Below are positions 13,332 through 27,404 of a stretch of DNA of 64,000 nucleotides, in pieces. The DNA lies in the NCBI RefSeq assembly GCF_052425735.1, contig NC_135758.1, positions 19,406,001 to 19,470,000 on the forward strand, written 5' to 3'. Numbering within the stretch: the first letter of the stretch is position 1; each line of letters starts with the position of its first letter. Origin of the DNA: Oculina patagonica (lineage: Eukaryota). A program made the translations under genes and the position numbers. A model generated the notes under the pieces. The model did no database searches, was not told where the DNA came from, and saw only the letters and a program-made list of their open reading frames with translations.

Positions 13332-14277
13332 GATGAGATAAATCTTGCACAGTTGATCAACAGAATCTTAGTTAAAGAATTAACCAAGAAAGTAATTCGA
13401 TGTAAGAAATGTAATACTTGTGCACGTGTCACGAAGAAGTGAAACTGTTTACTTTGCTTAGTACATCTGTATATGAAACGCATATGAATTGGACAGAGCG
13501 AGGAAACAATCCGTGTATATTAATAAGTTATATTTTCGTAGACTGAAGCCAGAAGAAAAGATAAGAAAAAAATAAGAAAAAATTGCTCAGACTGCACGAA
13601 AGGGGGTAGAAAGTAAGAGAAATTGTTGCGGTTTTCATATCAGCGTGAAGCATTCTTGTCACCAGAGCCCGCTTTTCGTTTGGTCAGCACCAAAAAGTTT
13701 TGGTGATGACCAATAGAAAAGCGGGCTCTGGGCACGAGAATGAGGGTAAAGGACAAATAGAACACGGCTGTCGCTTTTACGATCAGTCTTCGTCATCCTG
13801 CGTTAGTGGGTGGGCAACCTCGTTCCCATGGTCTCTCAAAGATCTTCGAAAAACCACGAGAAAGAGATTATTTGGACGGACTAAATGAACTTTCAGGTTG
13901 GGAACGAGTTTAAATATACGTCGGTCATGTCTCTTGGCAACTTCGCTGCTGAAAATCGTGGGCTCAGTCACACCGAAGATTTGAGATGGGATTAAAACCG
14001 GAAAAGGCCTCGTTCACCCGGAAGTTAAGATTGGACATAGACAGAAACTACAACATTACAGAGAAAATGGAACTTTTAACCGATAACCAGCTTTGACAGA
14101 GGGAAGAGAGAGGACTTGGGTTTTGCACATCAGAATCTCCTTTAAAACCCCAGGAAAGGAAAAATCAAATGTACACTTGGTTTTGCATCGAGTGAAAACT
14201 CATCTTTAATCAGCAGAAATTACACTACTCTTAACAATTCTTAATCAACTGCACTGTAATCGCTGCTGTAAGAGACA

Positions 14278-15333
14278 TTAGTTCTCCTGCAGGATGCTCA
14301 GCTCAATGTACTTGATGCCTTCTTTTTCTTGTGCGTCATCGCCATAAATCTCCAAAAACAGGCCATTGCGGGGATTCAACTTGTTCTGGTAAACCATTTC
14401 CCTGCTGAAACCGCCGTCTAGCGGGACGAAACAGGTTCCCCACCGGTCAGACAGGCTTAACTGGATCTCGAACCTTCCTGGGTAGTAAGATTCAGATGGT
14501 TTCGGGAGAGCAGCATCGGTATGACGAGTCATGGTCTTCCCACTGGGCCCATCGATACCCCGACAGGGGGCGGAAGATGGGTAGTTGGTTTTATCATATG
14601 TTACCATGCCAATAAAGCGTTGGCCATCAGAAATAACAAATGAAGGATCACTGTCCGCTGAACCAAATGTGGTTTCCAAACCGACCGCCATCTTGACGAC
14701 AAGGTTGGCATTTGTATCGATGACTCCTGGCGAAATCAGTGGAACGATCATCAGCCGATAGTGATTGCTTGGAGCGCTGAGGAACGTGAGTAGTCGAGGA
14801 GTGATGGAATTATGGTGATGGATGAAGGTAGCAGCTGAAGCAAGCTTCATAGGTGTGAAGAATTTGTAAAACACAAACTGGATAGAGTAAAACATATAAG
14901 AGTCAGTTATATAGCAAAGACTAAGACCTGTAATAAACCGCTAGTTAGCTCTTGAACTAAGGGCTACACTACAGATGCATTATACTACATCGCACGATGG
15001 AAGTGAAAGTTTAACACACTGTTGGCAAAAAGAGAGAGCAATGCTTAAAATTATCTCAGGCTGTTGATATAGTACTTAAGAGTCTATTCACGATTCATCG
15101 TCGCTGATTAAAGTAATTCCTCCGCCCAAAAGATAGAAACTGCTATTCTCGGCTACCTTTCTCCGCTTTCTCGCTGCTGTTGTGAACGGTTCGGTAAAGG
15201 AGAATAAAGCTTAAAGAAATTCAAGTTTTCCTTCATTTACCTGTGGCTGTTTCTTTGACGCGTCATTCTTGAGATCGTGTGCCTGGGCCAGCGATACAGC
15301 AAACATGAACAAAATGATTTTGATCAGTCTCAT
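14278..15333 (-). CDS. Secreted array protein, copy A1 (230 aa)
   Basis: Exon 1 15333-15241 MRLIKIILFMFAVSLAQAHDLKNDASKKQPQ (CAG|GTAAAT); exon 2 14877-14278; ATTAAA at 14210-14205; TATAAA at 15486-15481. Confidence 0.9.
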
Positions 15334-15480
15334 CTTTGAACTAAAGTTTCAGGACTGCTTCGGTTGAAGAACTGGTAACAGTTTGAAAACAATGAACAAC
15401 CGAACTCTGTCTTTGTGCGGAACATCAATGTATGTGATCTGACGACTCGAAAATTTTCGCGTCCACGACTCAGACATATA

Positions 15481-15486
15481 TTTATA
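15481..15486 (-). promoter_or_regulatory. Putative TATA box of A-type genes
   Basis: CCTATAAATATATG about 150 bp upstream of the ATG; conserved at 25350-25355 in copy A2. Confidence 0.5.
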
Positions 15487-17032
15487 GGCTTAAGTAATAT
15501 ATTTGGACAACGTATTCAGTCAATAGGCAATAACAGATTTTCACGGCATCGATTTAGCAAATCCATGAGAAAAATCTGGCCTTCTAAAATTTTTTGTTTT
15601 CGCGAATTCCGCAGAGATGGAAAGCTCTTCTTTCTAAAAGTATTTTCTTAGAGTGTCGATGCCATAACTACAGAAATATTTAAAAAAGAAAGAAACTTGA
15701 GTTGATTAACATATAAATTCGCCACAAAGCATGCTTTATTTGTCTTCAATGACAACCATGACCTTCTTTGATCGGACTTTCGTTTATTTTGAACATTTTT
15801 TGGGCAAGCAGTCGCTATCTAAGGCCACATCCACAAACGCTCTAAATTAAAAAATAACTTATCATAGTACCTGAAGATTTTTTTCCGTGATGGCTTGATG
15901 ATCGCTAGCTTGGCTTGGCGGTTTAAGTTGTAGTACGCGGACCAAAGCTCTTCACCCCAGAAAGCGAATGTAATGCGTGAATATTCAATCCGGTCTGGAT
16001 ATCCCTTCCACGCGATCGATTGCCACCGATCGTACGGTCCGCGTACGGACTCACCAGCCTTTGGTCCTCGAAAGCAAACTACGATTTTAAGAGAAAAAAC
16101 CAGATATGTGACGCTTAGCACTCTTAGGTGTAAATTGAGCAGGTCGGTTTAAAGCGATTTCTGCGATCGGATCACCTTTAAAAACATCACTCTGCTCGAG
16201 GAGTACATTGCAAAACCAGCAATTCGGCAAAATTGCTAATTAAAGATGGCTCGCTTGGATTTTTCAAGGGCACACCATCCCGAATTTGAACGGCCGACTC
16301 TTTACTTTCACTTCATCCATTAACCAAAGATCGGAGTGAATTTTCAGAAACGTATATTTGATTGACATCAGTGTTACCATAGCAGCGAAGTGATGATGCC
16401 ATGTTTTTTACAAAGGTTACAAAGCGCCAATGTTCTTGACATCTACGCTACATGTAGGTCTTTCAGACTGCATCGGTGACGACGAGAGGCGGCTGTACAG
16501 TCTATGGGCTGTTTAAGGTGTCTCCATACAGTTTTTTCAAGACCATATTTTCAATCAATTAAAATTGAGTGTGACTCTGGCGGCTATTCCAAACACCCTT
16601 TGTTTGATATGTAAAAGCTGTTTTGAACCGATTGGATGTTATCTTGTTTCATTTTTATTCGGTTACAATTTCTATACCTCAGTCCATAAATTAAACAGCT
16701 TTGCAGTTAGGTTTACCCAACTTTGGGATTTTAAGAGATATTTTTAGTAACTTCACAGTACAAGTACGTTTTTAAATTGTTTTGAATAAATTTGTACAAA
16801 TTTATGCTATTTTTCTGGCGTCATGAGAAATGAGTGAAGTCCAAGATGTAGAATCCAAGATGGCACTTGAAGTGCCTCATGTTGCTTAGCAACTTTACTG
16901 CTGGACATCGCGGGCTCAATCACCTCGAAGAGGAAAGGCCTCACAAGCTCTCGGATGTAAAGATTGAAAAGAGGCGGAGACCACATGGACTTCAGCGGAA
17001 AGGAATCTTTAATTTTAGACAAATAACCTGAC

Positions 17033-17072
<40 letters not shown>

Positions 17073-17078
17073 CATTAT
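17033..17078. repeat. (ATT)n microsatellite
   Basis: Directly visible. Confidence 0.95.
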
Positions 17079-17221
17079 ATACATTGCCTTACAAGAAAAA
17101 AAAAAAACGCAAATTACACACACACAAAAAAAATGCAAGAAGTGTCTAATTATGAATATAATTTCACAAATAACCTGACGCTGAGCGAGAGTGGAGAAGG
17201 TCTAGAAAGAGAGGAGCCGGG

Positions 17222-18042
17222 TGTAGAAGACCTAAATGTAATAACATTTGACCTTAAATGTAATAAACTCCTAAGTGTGACAACATTTAGGCTTATAACG
17301 TTATAATGACGTCATCAATGACGTAACCATCACCTCATTAACCCTATCCGGACCGGGGGGGGGGGGGACGGAAAGTGCACGTGCTGACTTTAAACGCTTA
17401 TAACTTTTTTCAAGATTCAACCAAATGCTGCCAAACTTTGCGAGTTTATCTTAAATTTATCTGGGAATAATTTGGTAGGATAGGTAATTGTGTCAAGGAA
17501 CTTGACGTTACTATGGCAACAGCATTTTGACAGATATGCTTCCCCAAATTTGTATTTCTTGTGTTCCTATTAATGAAAATTATTATTTTTTTTTATTTTT
17601 TTTTCACCGTTGTATTGCTTTTAATTAAGATGTCCCAAGAATAACAAAGATTTCCGAGGAGAACATCATGATGTAATTGTCACGTGACGTGACGTCATTA
17701 TTCCACGTGACATATACCAAAAGAAAGACGTTTGGACATACTATATATCCGACAAGTTTCATTGTGTTTGCTTAAATATTCTGGAAGTTACATAGCCCCC
17801 CCCCCACCCCCCTTCAGAGAAGGTCCAAAAAAGCCAGGTCTGAATAGGGTTAAGGATGAAGATGTGCTGGTTACTTTGTTGTGACGTTAGTATAACGTTA
17901 TATATTTAAGCCTAAATGTTGTCACACTTAGGAGTTTATTACTGTTTAAGGTCCAATGTTATTACATTTAGGAGTTTATTACTGTTTAAGGTCCAATGTT
18001 ATTACATTTAGGTTCAATTATTACATTTAGGTGTTGTTCTAC
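17222..18042. mobile_element. MITE with long inverted arms, interrupted by a piggyBac-like MITE
   Basis: acctaaatgtaataa...ctcctaagtgtgacaacatttaggctta (17230-17295) is mirrored at 17907-18032. Confidence 0.65.
17342..17849. mobile_element. piggyBac-like MITE
   Basis: TTAA|CCCTAT...ATAGGG|TTAA; same family as 44027-44819. Confidence 0.85.
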
Positions 18043-18221
18043 TTTTTTTAAATCTAATTTTTTAAAACCGAATAGGAATGGGCCTTAAAACCAGCAAAAG
18101 AAAAATGAAATAGATATTTGGTTTTACATCTATCTTTAATCAGCAGAAACTACAGTGCTCTTAACAGTGCTCAACTGAGCAGCTGAAGAGATTTTTTTTC
18201 TGATACTGGCTGTAAGAGACA

Positions 18222-20583
18222 TCAGTTCTCCTGCAGGATGCTCAGCTCAATGTACTTGATGCCTTCTTTTTCTTGGGCGTCATCGCCATAAATTTCCAGA
18301 AACAGGCCGTTGCGGTGATTCAACTTGTTCGTGTAAACCATCTCCCTGCTGAAACCGCCGTCTAGTGGGACGAAACAGGTTCCCCACCGGTCAGACAGGC
18401 TTAACTGGATCTCGAACCTTCCCGGGTAATAAGACTCGGATGGTTTCGGGAGTGTAGCATCGCGGTACCGACTGCCCAAAGTTGTGCCACTGGATCCTTC
18501 GTAACCAAGACAGGGGGCATGATCTATGTAGTTGTTCTTATCCATTGTCATCACACCAATAAAGCGATGACCATCAGAAACACCGAATGAGGGATCGCTT
18601 TCTCCTTGGCCAAATGTGGTTTCTAAACCAACCACCATCTTAACGACAAGTTTCGCATTTGTATCGATGACTCCTGGCGGAATCAGTGGAACGATCATCA
18701 GCCGATAGTAGGTACTTGGAGCGCTGAGGAACGTGAGTAGTCGAGGAGTGATGGAATTATGGTGATGGATGAAGGTAGCAGCTGAAGAAAGCTTCATAGG
18801 TTGTGAAGAATTTGTAAAACACAAGCTGGGTAAAATAAAACATGAAAGTGTTACAGCAAATTAACATCAGTCCACTATATTAATTTACTTTCAACTTATG
18901 GAGGCTCGAGCCCTAGGGTAGTCGTTTTGAAAAAGAAAATTATCTAAAAAGCCATTCTTCGATTTTTACCAAAATACACCATAATGATCAAATATGACCA
19001 AAGTTTCATTTTTTTACTGGTCACTTAGTCACAAAGGTTACCATAGCAACGATTGTTGTTCACTTTTGTTTTCAAACAAGCCAGATTTTCTCGAAATCTA
19101 GATTGATTTGGTATTAATTTTTTGATATGTTTAAGTATAGTAGATTGACTAGCTGTTGACGAAATTCTAGAAAAATCTGTACGAGCCTTTTCAAGTAAAT
19201 TTAGAATAAAGTTTTCAGAAATATCTCTTTTTAATATGAAATAGGCGATTTTAAATTTCGTAGTATTTGAACGCAGTTATTCTCTTTTTTTTTGTTAAAA
19301 AATACTTACACCATCAAAGACCATTAACTTAACCGAGAGAGTTTTTGCTTTAATTTGTTAAAATACTGCCAATTATAGTAAACTACAAGAAGTTACAAAA
19401 AACTTTCTTGATTTACTCCGAAACGATCTTACAGATTTTTCTTAAATTTCCTCTACTGGTAGTCAACCTTATATAGTTAAACATATCAAAAAATGAATAC
19501 CAAGAGTCAATCTAGTTTTCGAGAAAATCAGGCTTCTTTGAAAACAAAAGAAAACGACAATCGTTGAGTGACCAGTAAAAAATGGAACTTTGGTCATATT
19601 TGATCATTATCTAATGGTGTATTTTGGTAAAAATGGAAGAATGGCTTTTTAGATAATTATCATTTTCAAAACGACCACCCAAGGGCTAAAAAAAAACTAC
19701 ATCGAGCCTTCTTGATATAGGTTCATAATTTATCTGGGGGGGGGGGGGGGGGGGCTATGTTGATTTTATTTCTTCCCTTGCATTTTTTGAAAGCCCCCGT
19801 TATTTTTTGGTGTGTTTTTCCCTTGCCTCCACATTGCATAATCCGCAACCGTGGGCAAAATACCAGGAGACCCCACACTTCCACTAATTCAGCACCACCA
19901 CAAAATCACGACTTCGGAGAAATACATTGTAAAAGTGGCTCCTGGTGGCGTTTGCATCTTTTAGACGTTTTGCGGGCCATTTTGTAGTCAAAGATTGCAT
20001 GAGCACAAAATAACGGCAAAAGGAAAACGTAAGAAAGGATGGATAGTTGTCGTCTTACCTTGCTTCCCCCAGAAACAAATTTGTCTCGTTGGTTTTCGGA
20101 ACTCTGGTCGTCTGCCAAAGAGGAAGTCTAAGACACAGCACTTCTGTTAGACTATGGTTATAATTCAGTTCAAGTTCGAATGAATATTGTACCGTGAAAA
20201 TAGAGAATCGAACTATATTACCCGCTGATCGCTGCAAGTTGTTTTCCGTGAAACTGTTTTTTTTTTTTTACTTTATTTCCGATCGCGTTTGGGTAAAACG
20301 ACTGTATTTTAATTAAAGAAAAATCTGTAAAAAGAAACTAATCTTAGGACTTTAAGAAAGGGAAAGACAGATCTAGATTCCTTAAGTTCATGAGACGTTC
20401 GTTTTCTTTAATTTGCTTCTCCCTAAGACAAGTTTCAAGCATCATTGGGAGTAGTGCATATTTGTTCTGGGATAAAAAAGGTCGAGTATCAGAAAATTAA
20501 ATTAGGCGTGAATGACACTAATGGCACATAATTGTACTTACTAGTAAAATCACGAGCATCACAGCACAGCTCTTTAGCATCAT
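18222..20583 (-). pseudogene. Secreted array protein, copy B1, with +1 frameshift
   Basis: Exon 1 20583-20542 MMLKSCAVMLVILL; exon 2 20127-20059 TSSLADDQSSENQRDKFVSGGSK; exon 3 18825-18222 is 604 nt because of an extra T at 18801-18802 (cataggTtgtgaag versus cataggtgtgaag). Could be an assembly error. Confidence 0.75.
18902..19710. mobile_element. Palindromic MITE in intron 2 of B1
   Basis: Long inverted arms (ccctagggtagtcgttttgaaaa...aatgatcaaatatgaccaaagtt, mirrored at 19585-19710). The left part is also in B2 (35693-35896) but absent from B3. Confidence 0.75.
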
Positions 20584-23290
20584 GGCGAACGTTGTTGTTT
20601 TTAGTTGATCGCTTAAATGAATGAAGAAGTCAGTATAAGTGAGAGAACCTGCTTTCTTGTGTTAAAATACAGCTCTTTCTACAACGAAAGGTATTTGTCG
20701 TGCCTGAACTTCTCGACAACTCAACAGACTGATTGATTCAGCCGCTTATATTCCTCACTAATGCTAAAGTGCATGTGCATTCTGCAACCTGATTGGTTAA
20801 ACAGCATGCCAAATATTGACTATAGTAACAGTTTACAGCTGTTTCGTGTGTTCATGCATGATCCTTTCAACAAGCTTTTAGATATAAAGATGATCACAGA
20901 AATTGGCAATCTGATATCGTTTCATTAAAGTGCTACTATAATGGAATTCGTGTCTTTCCTATCTAGGCCATTTTAAAACACTAACAAGAAGTTTGTAAGG
21001 GAAGAAAAATGCCATTTACTGTTTTATTCAAGTTTATAAAATATGTAAATAAGCAAAGCGATGAAGTCATAGACTCAACCGAACTTTGATGAAATATGAA
21101 GAAAGAGATATCTCAACTATTTTTCATCAGAAATGGATTCATTGTAGTAATAATTTTGTTACCATGGCAATATGCTGGTTACCAGATCCCCCGATGCTAA
21201 AAGCTTTTCTGGCCAATTTAAGCGTTTCATTTTAATATTTGCCAGTGATGCCTTATATACATGATCTGGCAGTCCTATAAATGGGTTAGGTAGATGTCTT
21301 GGCCAGGTTTCTTTTTGCCGAACTGAATGAATTACTAAAATATTGGGAACAGAGTATTTTTAACTGTAAGTGTGTCACTTGTAAAACTATTAGTCTGCCA
21401 AGTTTCAATGGTCTCTGCAGTAAATTGACTAAGATAACTCTATTTTTATACTTGACATAAAACTGGGTTGAGTAGATGACGTTATCAGTCCCCTAATTTA
21501 CAAATTTTACAATCTTTTAAAGCTTAAATATCTCCGGAACTAAAACAGATATTTGAAAAAGGAAAACGCCATTTGAATCTTTCGTTGAATTCTCTATGAT
21601 ACGCCTAAAATTACTTTCTCGACACTTTCGGCTCTTGTTTCAACAGTTGTTTCGTGTGTTCATGCATGATCATTTTAACAAGTTTAAAGATATAAAGATA
21701 ATCACAGAAATTGACAATCTGATATCGTTTCATAAGCGTTCACTTTCGCGACACTTTCGGCTCTTGCTACAATATTTTTTCTGTGAACTGTCATGAGCCG
21801 TTTACTAGCAAGCTTCACTAGTCGTGCACTAGCTAGATGTAAGGATTATCGCGAGAGATCAACAATGCAACATTACTGCTCTAAGATTCACAGTCGGCAG
21901 TTGTTTTCACATTTATTTCGCGGTATCATAAACATTTAATTTAGCAAGCTTTAAGGAATGAAGATAGTGGAAATTGATAATGGAAGTTACTCCATCGCCT
22001 GCACACCCCTCCCCTCAGCCTCCATCCCTCCCACAATTCCCGGCCATTTGAGGGGTCCCATTTTACTCACAGTTCCTTCTAGTTTTGAAAATCATAAATG
22101 ACTTTTTCTGAGATTTTAAAGAAATCGGACAACATCTTTTGTTAAAATAGCTCTTTCTACACGAAAGTTATCTGTCGTGCCTGCACTTCTCGACAGCTTA
22201 AGAGGCTGATTCAGCTTATATTCCTTACTAATGCTTAAGTGCATGCATTCTACAGCCTCATTGGTTAAACAGCATGTCAAATATTGACTGCAAATGATAA
22301 CAGTTGGAACCTGTCTGCCGTGTTAAAAATAATTTGTTCCCAAAGTTGTTTCGTGGTATTATAAGCTTTTAACATGAACAAGCTTATTATAATGACAATT
22401 GTGAGGAATGAGCAGTCCGAAAAATCACTATTAGCTTTGACATTTGGCAGTTGTTCACAGTTGTTTCGTATGATCATGCATGATCCTTTTAACAAGCTTT
22501 TAGACATAAAGATAATCACAGAAATTGACAAACTGATATCGTTTTATTAGCATTCACTTTCTCGACACTTTCGGCCCTTGTTTCAACCGTTGTTTTGTGA
22601 ACTGTCATGAACCGTTATAAACATTTTAACAAGCTTTTAGGGCTCCTGGTAAAAGATAATTGAAGTTGATAATGAATTACTCCACCGCCTGCACACCCCC
22701 CATTCAGCCTTCATTCCTCCCCAACCCCGGACATTTGAGGGGTCCCATTTCACTCACAGCTTCCTATCGTTTTGAAAATGACTTTTTCTAAAATTTTAAA
22801 GAAATCGGACAACAGCTTAATTCTTCTTAAAAGCTTGATTTGTTTAGAGTCTTCAACAGCTGTGGAATCAAGTAGTCATGAGTGTTTGTTCCCAAAGTTG
22901 TTTCGTGCTATTATAAGCTTTGAACAATCTTTTTATAAAGACAATCGTGAGAAATGTGCAATCCGAAACAACTGCCATTAAAATCTGTCACTTTGAAACT
23001 TAAAATGTACAGTTTAGGCCTTTTTAGGAAATCGCAACCATTAATCACTCCAGGTCCAAAAGAATCGAATAAGAAAGTGCCATATGGGGAACTGGAAATA
23101 AAGATTTTTTGCCCTTGTAGTAAAATACCACCATGACGATATAGCCTTATTTTAACTCCAGATCTGTTAAAATGGATACTTTTGAAACATAAAATGGACA
23201 GTGTGGGTCATTTTGGGAAAGCGCCACCATGCACGTGGATTCAGCGTAATGTTCACTCCAAGTCTAAAAGAATCGACTAAGAAAGTACCA
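19972..23290. repeat. Segmental duplication block (B-type leader and upstream region)
   Basis: Near-identical to ~35895-39900 and more diverged from ~46800-50270; contains internally repeated modules. Confidence 0.9.
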
Positions 23291-24175
23291 TATACCCTCC
23301 CATCCTCTCTTTCCTCCCCCCTTTTTACGCCTTCTACGCAGGCTAAGATGAAAAAGTAACATGATACCAGAATTTAATAGGTATTTCACGAAACTGTTTA
23401 CTTTGTTTAGTAAATGTGAATATGAAAGAATTCAGATAATCCTCGTAGTAATATTTGCATTAACAGTAAAGCAATTTTAAAAAGTGACTTTGAAAGAAAC
23501 AAGAAAAGAAAAAAGATAAGTAGAAAAGTAGAAAGCAAGAGACATTGTTGCAGTTTTCATATGAGCGTGAAGCATTCTCGTCTTTTCTCGTCGTTTCTTT
23601 TAGTCAGTACCACAACTTCTTGGTGACCAAAAAAAAAGCGGGCTCTAGGAACAAGATGTGCCACAGGGCCACTTCTTGCAGATTCTGGCTTTATCATCCT
23701 GCAGCAGTTGAGGAACAACCTTGATTCCATGGTAACTGACAAGTTTTCGAAAAACCATGGTACGAGGTGAAGGAACTCACAGGCTGGGAACTAGTTTGAA
23801 TATTGGTCAGTCGCTAAGCAACTTCGCTGCCCAAAATCGAAAACTCAGTCACCTGGGATGGAATCAGGAAAAGGCCTTGTTCACCCGGAAATCAGTAAAG
23901 ATTGGAAGTAGGCGGAAACCACGACATAATGGAGACATGGGACATTTTAAACCGATGACCCGTGAAGAAGTAAAGAGAGGAGTTGGGCCTTCGAACTACG
24001 GAATTTGTTTTTTTTTTTGTTTTTAAAAAAGAACAGATCAGTAAAGAAAACATGAAATGGACATTTTGGTTTTGCTTGCAGTAAAGATTCATCTTTAATC
24101 AGTAGAAACTAACACTACTCTTAACAATGCTTAACCAGCTGATCTGATTAATTTTTGTGCTGGCTGTAAGAGACA

Positions 24176-25202
24176 TCAGTTCTCCTGCAGGATGCTCAGC
24201 TCAATATACTTGATGCCTTCTTTTTCTTGCGCGTCATTGCCGTAAATCTCCAAAAACAGGCCATTGTAGGGATTCAACTTGTACTGGTAGACCATCTCTC
24301 TGCTGAAACCGCCGTCTAGCGGGACGAAACAGGTTCCCCACCGGTCAGACAGGCTTAACTGGATCTCGAACTTTCCTGGGTAACGAGACTCGGATGGTTT
24401 CGGGAGAGCAGCATCGAGATGACGAGTCATGGTTTTCCCACTGGGCCCCTCGACACCACGACATGGGGCAGAAGCTGCGTAGTTGGTCTTATCATTTGTT
24501 TCCATGCCAATAAAATGATGGCCATCAGAAACAACAAATGAAGGATCGCTGTCTGCTGCGCCAAATTTGATTTCCAAACCAACCGCCATCTTGACGACAA
24601 GGTTGGCATTTGTATCGGTGACTCCTGGCGGAATCAGTGGAACGATCATCAGCCGATACAAGAGACTTGGAGCGCTGAGGAACGTGAGAAGTCGAGGAGT
24701 GATGGAATTATGGTGATGGATGAAGGAAGCAGCTGAAACAAGCTTCATAGGTGTGAAGAATTTGTAAAACACAAGCTGGATCAAATAAAATATAGAAGAG
24801 TCAGTTATTTAGTTAAGAAAACATTCTTGGACTGATGGCTACACTTCAGATGCATTACAGTACATCAAACGATGGAAGTGAAACACACTGTTGGCAAAAA
24901 GAGCGAACAATGCTTAAATTTATCTCGGGCTGTTGATATAGTACTTAAGAGTCTATTCACAATTCATCGTCGCTGATTGAAGTATTTCCTCCGACCAAAA
25001 GATAAAAAATGCTATTCTCCGCTACTTTTCTCCACTTTCTCGCTGCTGTTGTGAACGGTTCGGCGAACAGGATTAAAGCTTAAAAAAATCCAAATTTTCC
25101 TTCATTTACCTGTGGCTGTTTCTTTGACGTGTCATCCTTCAGATCGTGTGCCTGGGCCAGCGATACAGCAAACATCACGTAAATTATTTTGATCAGTTTC
25201 AT
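24176..25202 (-). CDS. Secreted array protein, copy A2 (230 aa)
   Basis: Exon 1 25202-25110 MKLIKIIYVMFAVSLAQAHDLKDDTSKKQPQ; exon 2 24775-24176 (600 nt, open); upstream ~1.5 kb is paralogous to 14880-16470. Confidence 0.9.
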
Positions 25203-26501
25203 CTTTGAACTGAAGTTTCAGGACTGCTTCGGTTGAACAACTGGTAACAGTTTGAAAACAATGAACAACTGAACTATGTCTTTGTGTGGAACATCAATGT
25301 ATATGATTTGACTTTTCGAAAATTTTCGCGTCCACAACTCAGACATATATTTATAGGCTTAAGTAATATATTTGGACAACTTATTCAGCCAATAGGCAAT
25401 AACAGAATTTCACGGCATCGATTTATTTAATTCATGAGAAAAATCGTGGTGTTCTGAATTTTTTTTTTCGCAGAAATGGAAAGCTCGTCTTTCTAAAGGT
25501 ATTTTTTTACGGGTTTCGATGCCATAACTACAGAAATATTTAAAAAAGAAATAAACGGGAGTTGATTAACATATAAATTCGCACAAAACATGCTTTATTT
25601 GTCTTCAATGACAACCATGACCTTGTTTGATCGGACTGTCGTCGTTTATTTTGAACATTTTGTGAACAAGCGGTCGCAGTCTAAGGCTACATCCACAAAC
25701 GCTCTAAATTAAAAAATAACTTATCATAGTACCTGAAGATTTTTTTCCGTGATGGCTTGACGATCGCTAGCTGGGCTGGCGGTGAAAGTTGCAGTCCGTC
25801 TCGGGCAGTCTGTGCACCAAATCTCTTCGCCCCGGCATTGAAAGCGAATGTAATGCGCGAATATTCAATCCGGTCTGGTTATCACTTCCACGCGATCGAT
25901 TGCCAGCAAACGTGCGGTCCATGTAGGGACTCGTTAGCCTTTGGACGGTCCTCGAAAGCAAACTACGATTTAAGAGAAAACACCAGATATGTGACGCTTA
26001 GGAACTTTTAGGTGTAAATTGAGCAGGCGTTTCTGCGATCGGATCACCTATAAAAAAAAATCACTCTGCCCGAGGAGTACATTGCAGAACCAGCAATTCG
26101 ACAAAATCGCTGATTAAAGGTGGCTCGCTTGGTTTTTTCAAGGGCACACCAACTCGAGTTTGAACGGCCGATTCTTTACTTTCAATTCACCCATAAACCA
26201 AAGATCGGAGTGAATTTTCAGAAACGTATATTTGATTGACATCAGTGTTACCATAGCAGCGCAGTGATGATGTCATGTATTTTACAAAGTGCCCCATACT
26301 TAACATCTGCGCTACATGTTGGTATTCAAGACTGCATCACAGGCAAACCTACCTATGTGTTCGCAATAAATCTCTGTTGTCATACGAGATCGACGAACTA
26401 TAGAAATTAAAAGCAATCTACTGTTTTATGAATAAAACACTGAATAATACATATTTAGGGTCATCTCGATCTGAATATCTCAGTTACGTTAAATGTCTTT
26501 T

Positions 26502-26674
26502 ATTAAATGAAATATTAGTCGACTCGTGAGTGGCGTTTTATCCGCCTTTCTGCGTCGTTAAAAGCGTTACCAGTTTAGTGATTCGCTTTCGACCGTCGAA
26601 AGCGAATCACTAAAATAAAAGGCGCAGAAAGGCGGATAAAACGCCACTCACGAGTCGATTAACATTTCATTTAA
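26502..26674. repeat. Palindromic (hairpin) repeat / mini-MITE
   Basis: tcgactcgtgagtggcgttttatccgcctttctgcg / cgcagaaaggcggataaaacgccactcacgagtcga arms around an inner hairpin tttagtgattcgctttcgac-c-gtcgaaagcgaatcactaaa. Confidence 0.85.
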
Positions 26675-27404
26675 CTTTGCTGAAGTATTCGGACCACTGA
26701 CCACTGTTCGTTCCCGTCAAAAAAATATAGGACCGCACAGAGTGCTAACAAAATGGTGAGAAAAACTAATTCAAACGCATGACTGGCACTACTACAAAAG
26801 ACACTTTTTTAAATGGGCCAATATTTCAACTAGTCTTCTTAAGGGCCAGTGCTATAATATAGCACTGGCCCAACAAGAAGTACTGGGTTTTACTCTGCGT
26901 TTTTTGGTTCCCTGCATTCAAAAGTTTCAAAATGGTGGGATCGGAGTCTCAGAGTCCCAGGTTTTTTTGAGAGTACCGCAAACCGCAAACCTCAGGAAGA
27001 CACGTGACTTTGGCCTTGCCGTCACGTTTGTCGTCAGCGGTTCACGTTTCGACGGGAGAAACAGCTGCTTGCGGTGAGTGAAATACGGCAGAGTTTTTAG
27101 ACTATTTTAATTTTACAATCCCACGTTTACGGATAAAAATAAGGTTTTTACATTCTTTTCCTCGTTATGTGACAACTTGCTAGCATTCAACGACGAAATC
27201 TTTTCGAGTTTCAGTCATTTGAACTGAAGGGGTGAGAATGAATGAAAAACAAAATGGCGACTGTCTTTCACGTGTTTGTGGTTACGGCAACAACCATTAG
27301 TTTACTTGTCTATTGTCCATTTCATGCAGCTTTTGAGAAGAAACAGTGCCCTTTGCGATGAAAATTATACAGTGTTAATACAGTGTTGTTGTTTTGACAG
27401 AAAT

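Noticed and set aside
14878-14895. ORF-track N-termini of the array genes (MFYSIQ, MIQ, MFNFIQ, etc.)
   Set aside because: These are intronic polypyrimidine tract and acceptor sequence read in frame; the real starts are in upstream leader exons.
20222-20231. Possible 10-nt microexon (CGATCAGCGG) in B-type genes
   Set aside because: Not needed: exon 1 joins the 69-nt exon in phase 0 and gives a better signal peptide.
21596-23136. Short ORFs recurring in the three B-upstream blocks
   Set aside because: They recur only because the DNA is duplicated; indels and stops differ between copies.
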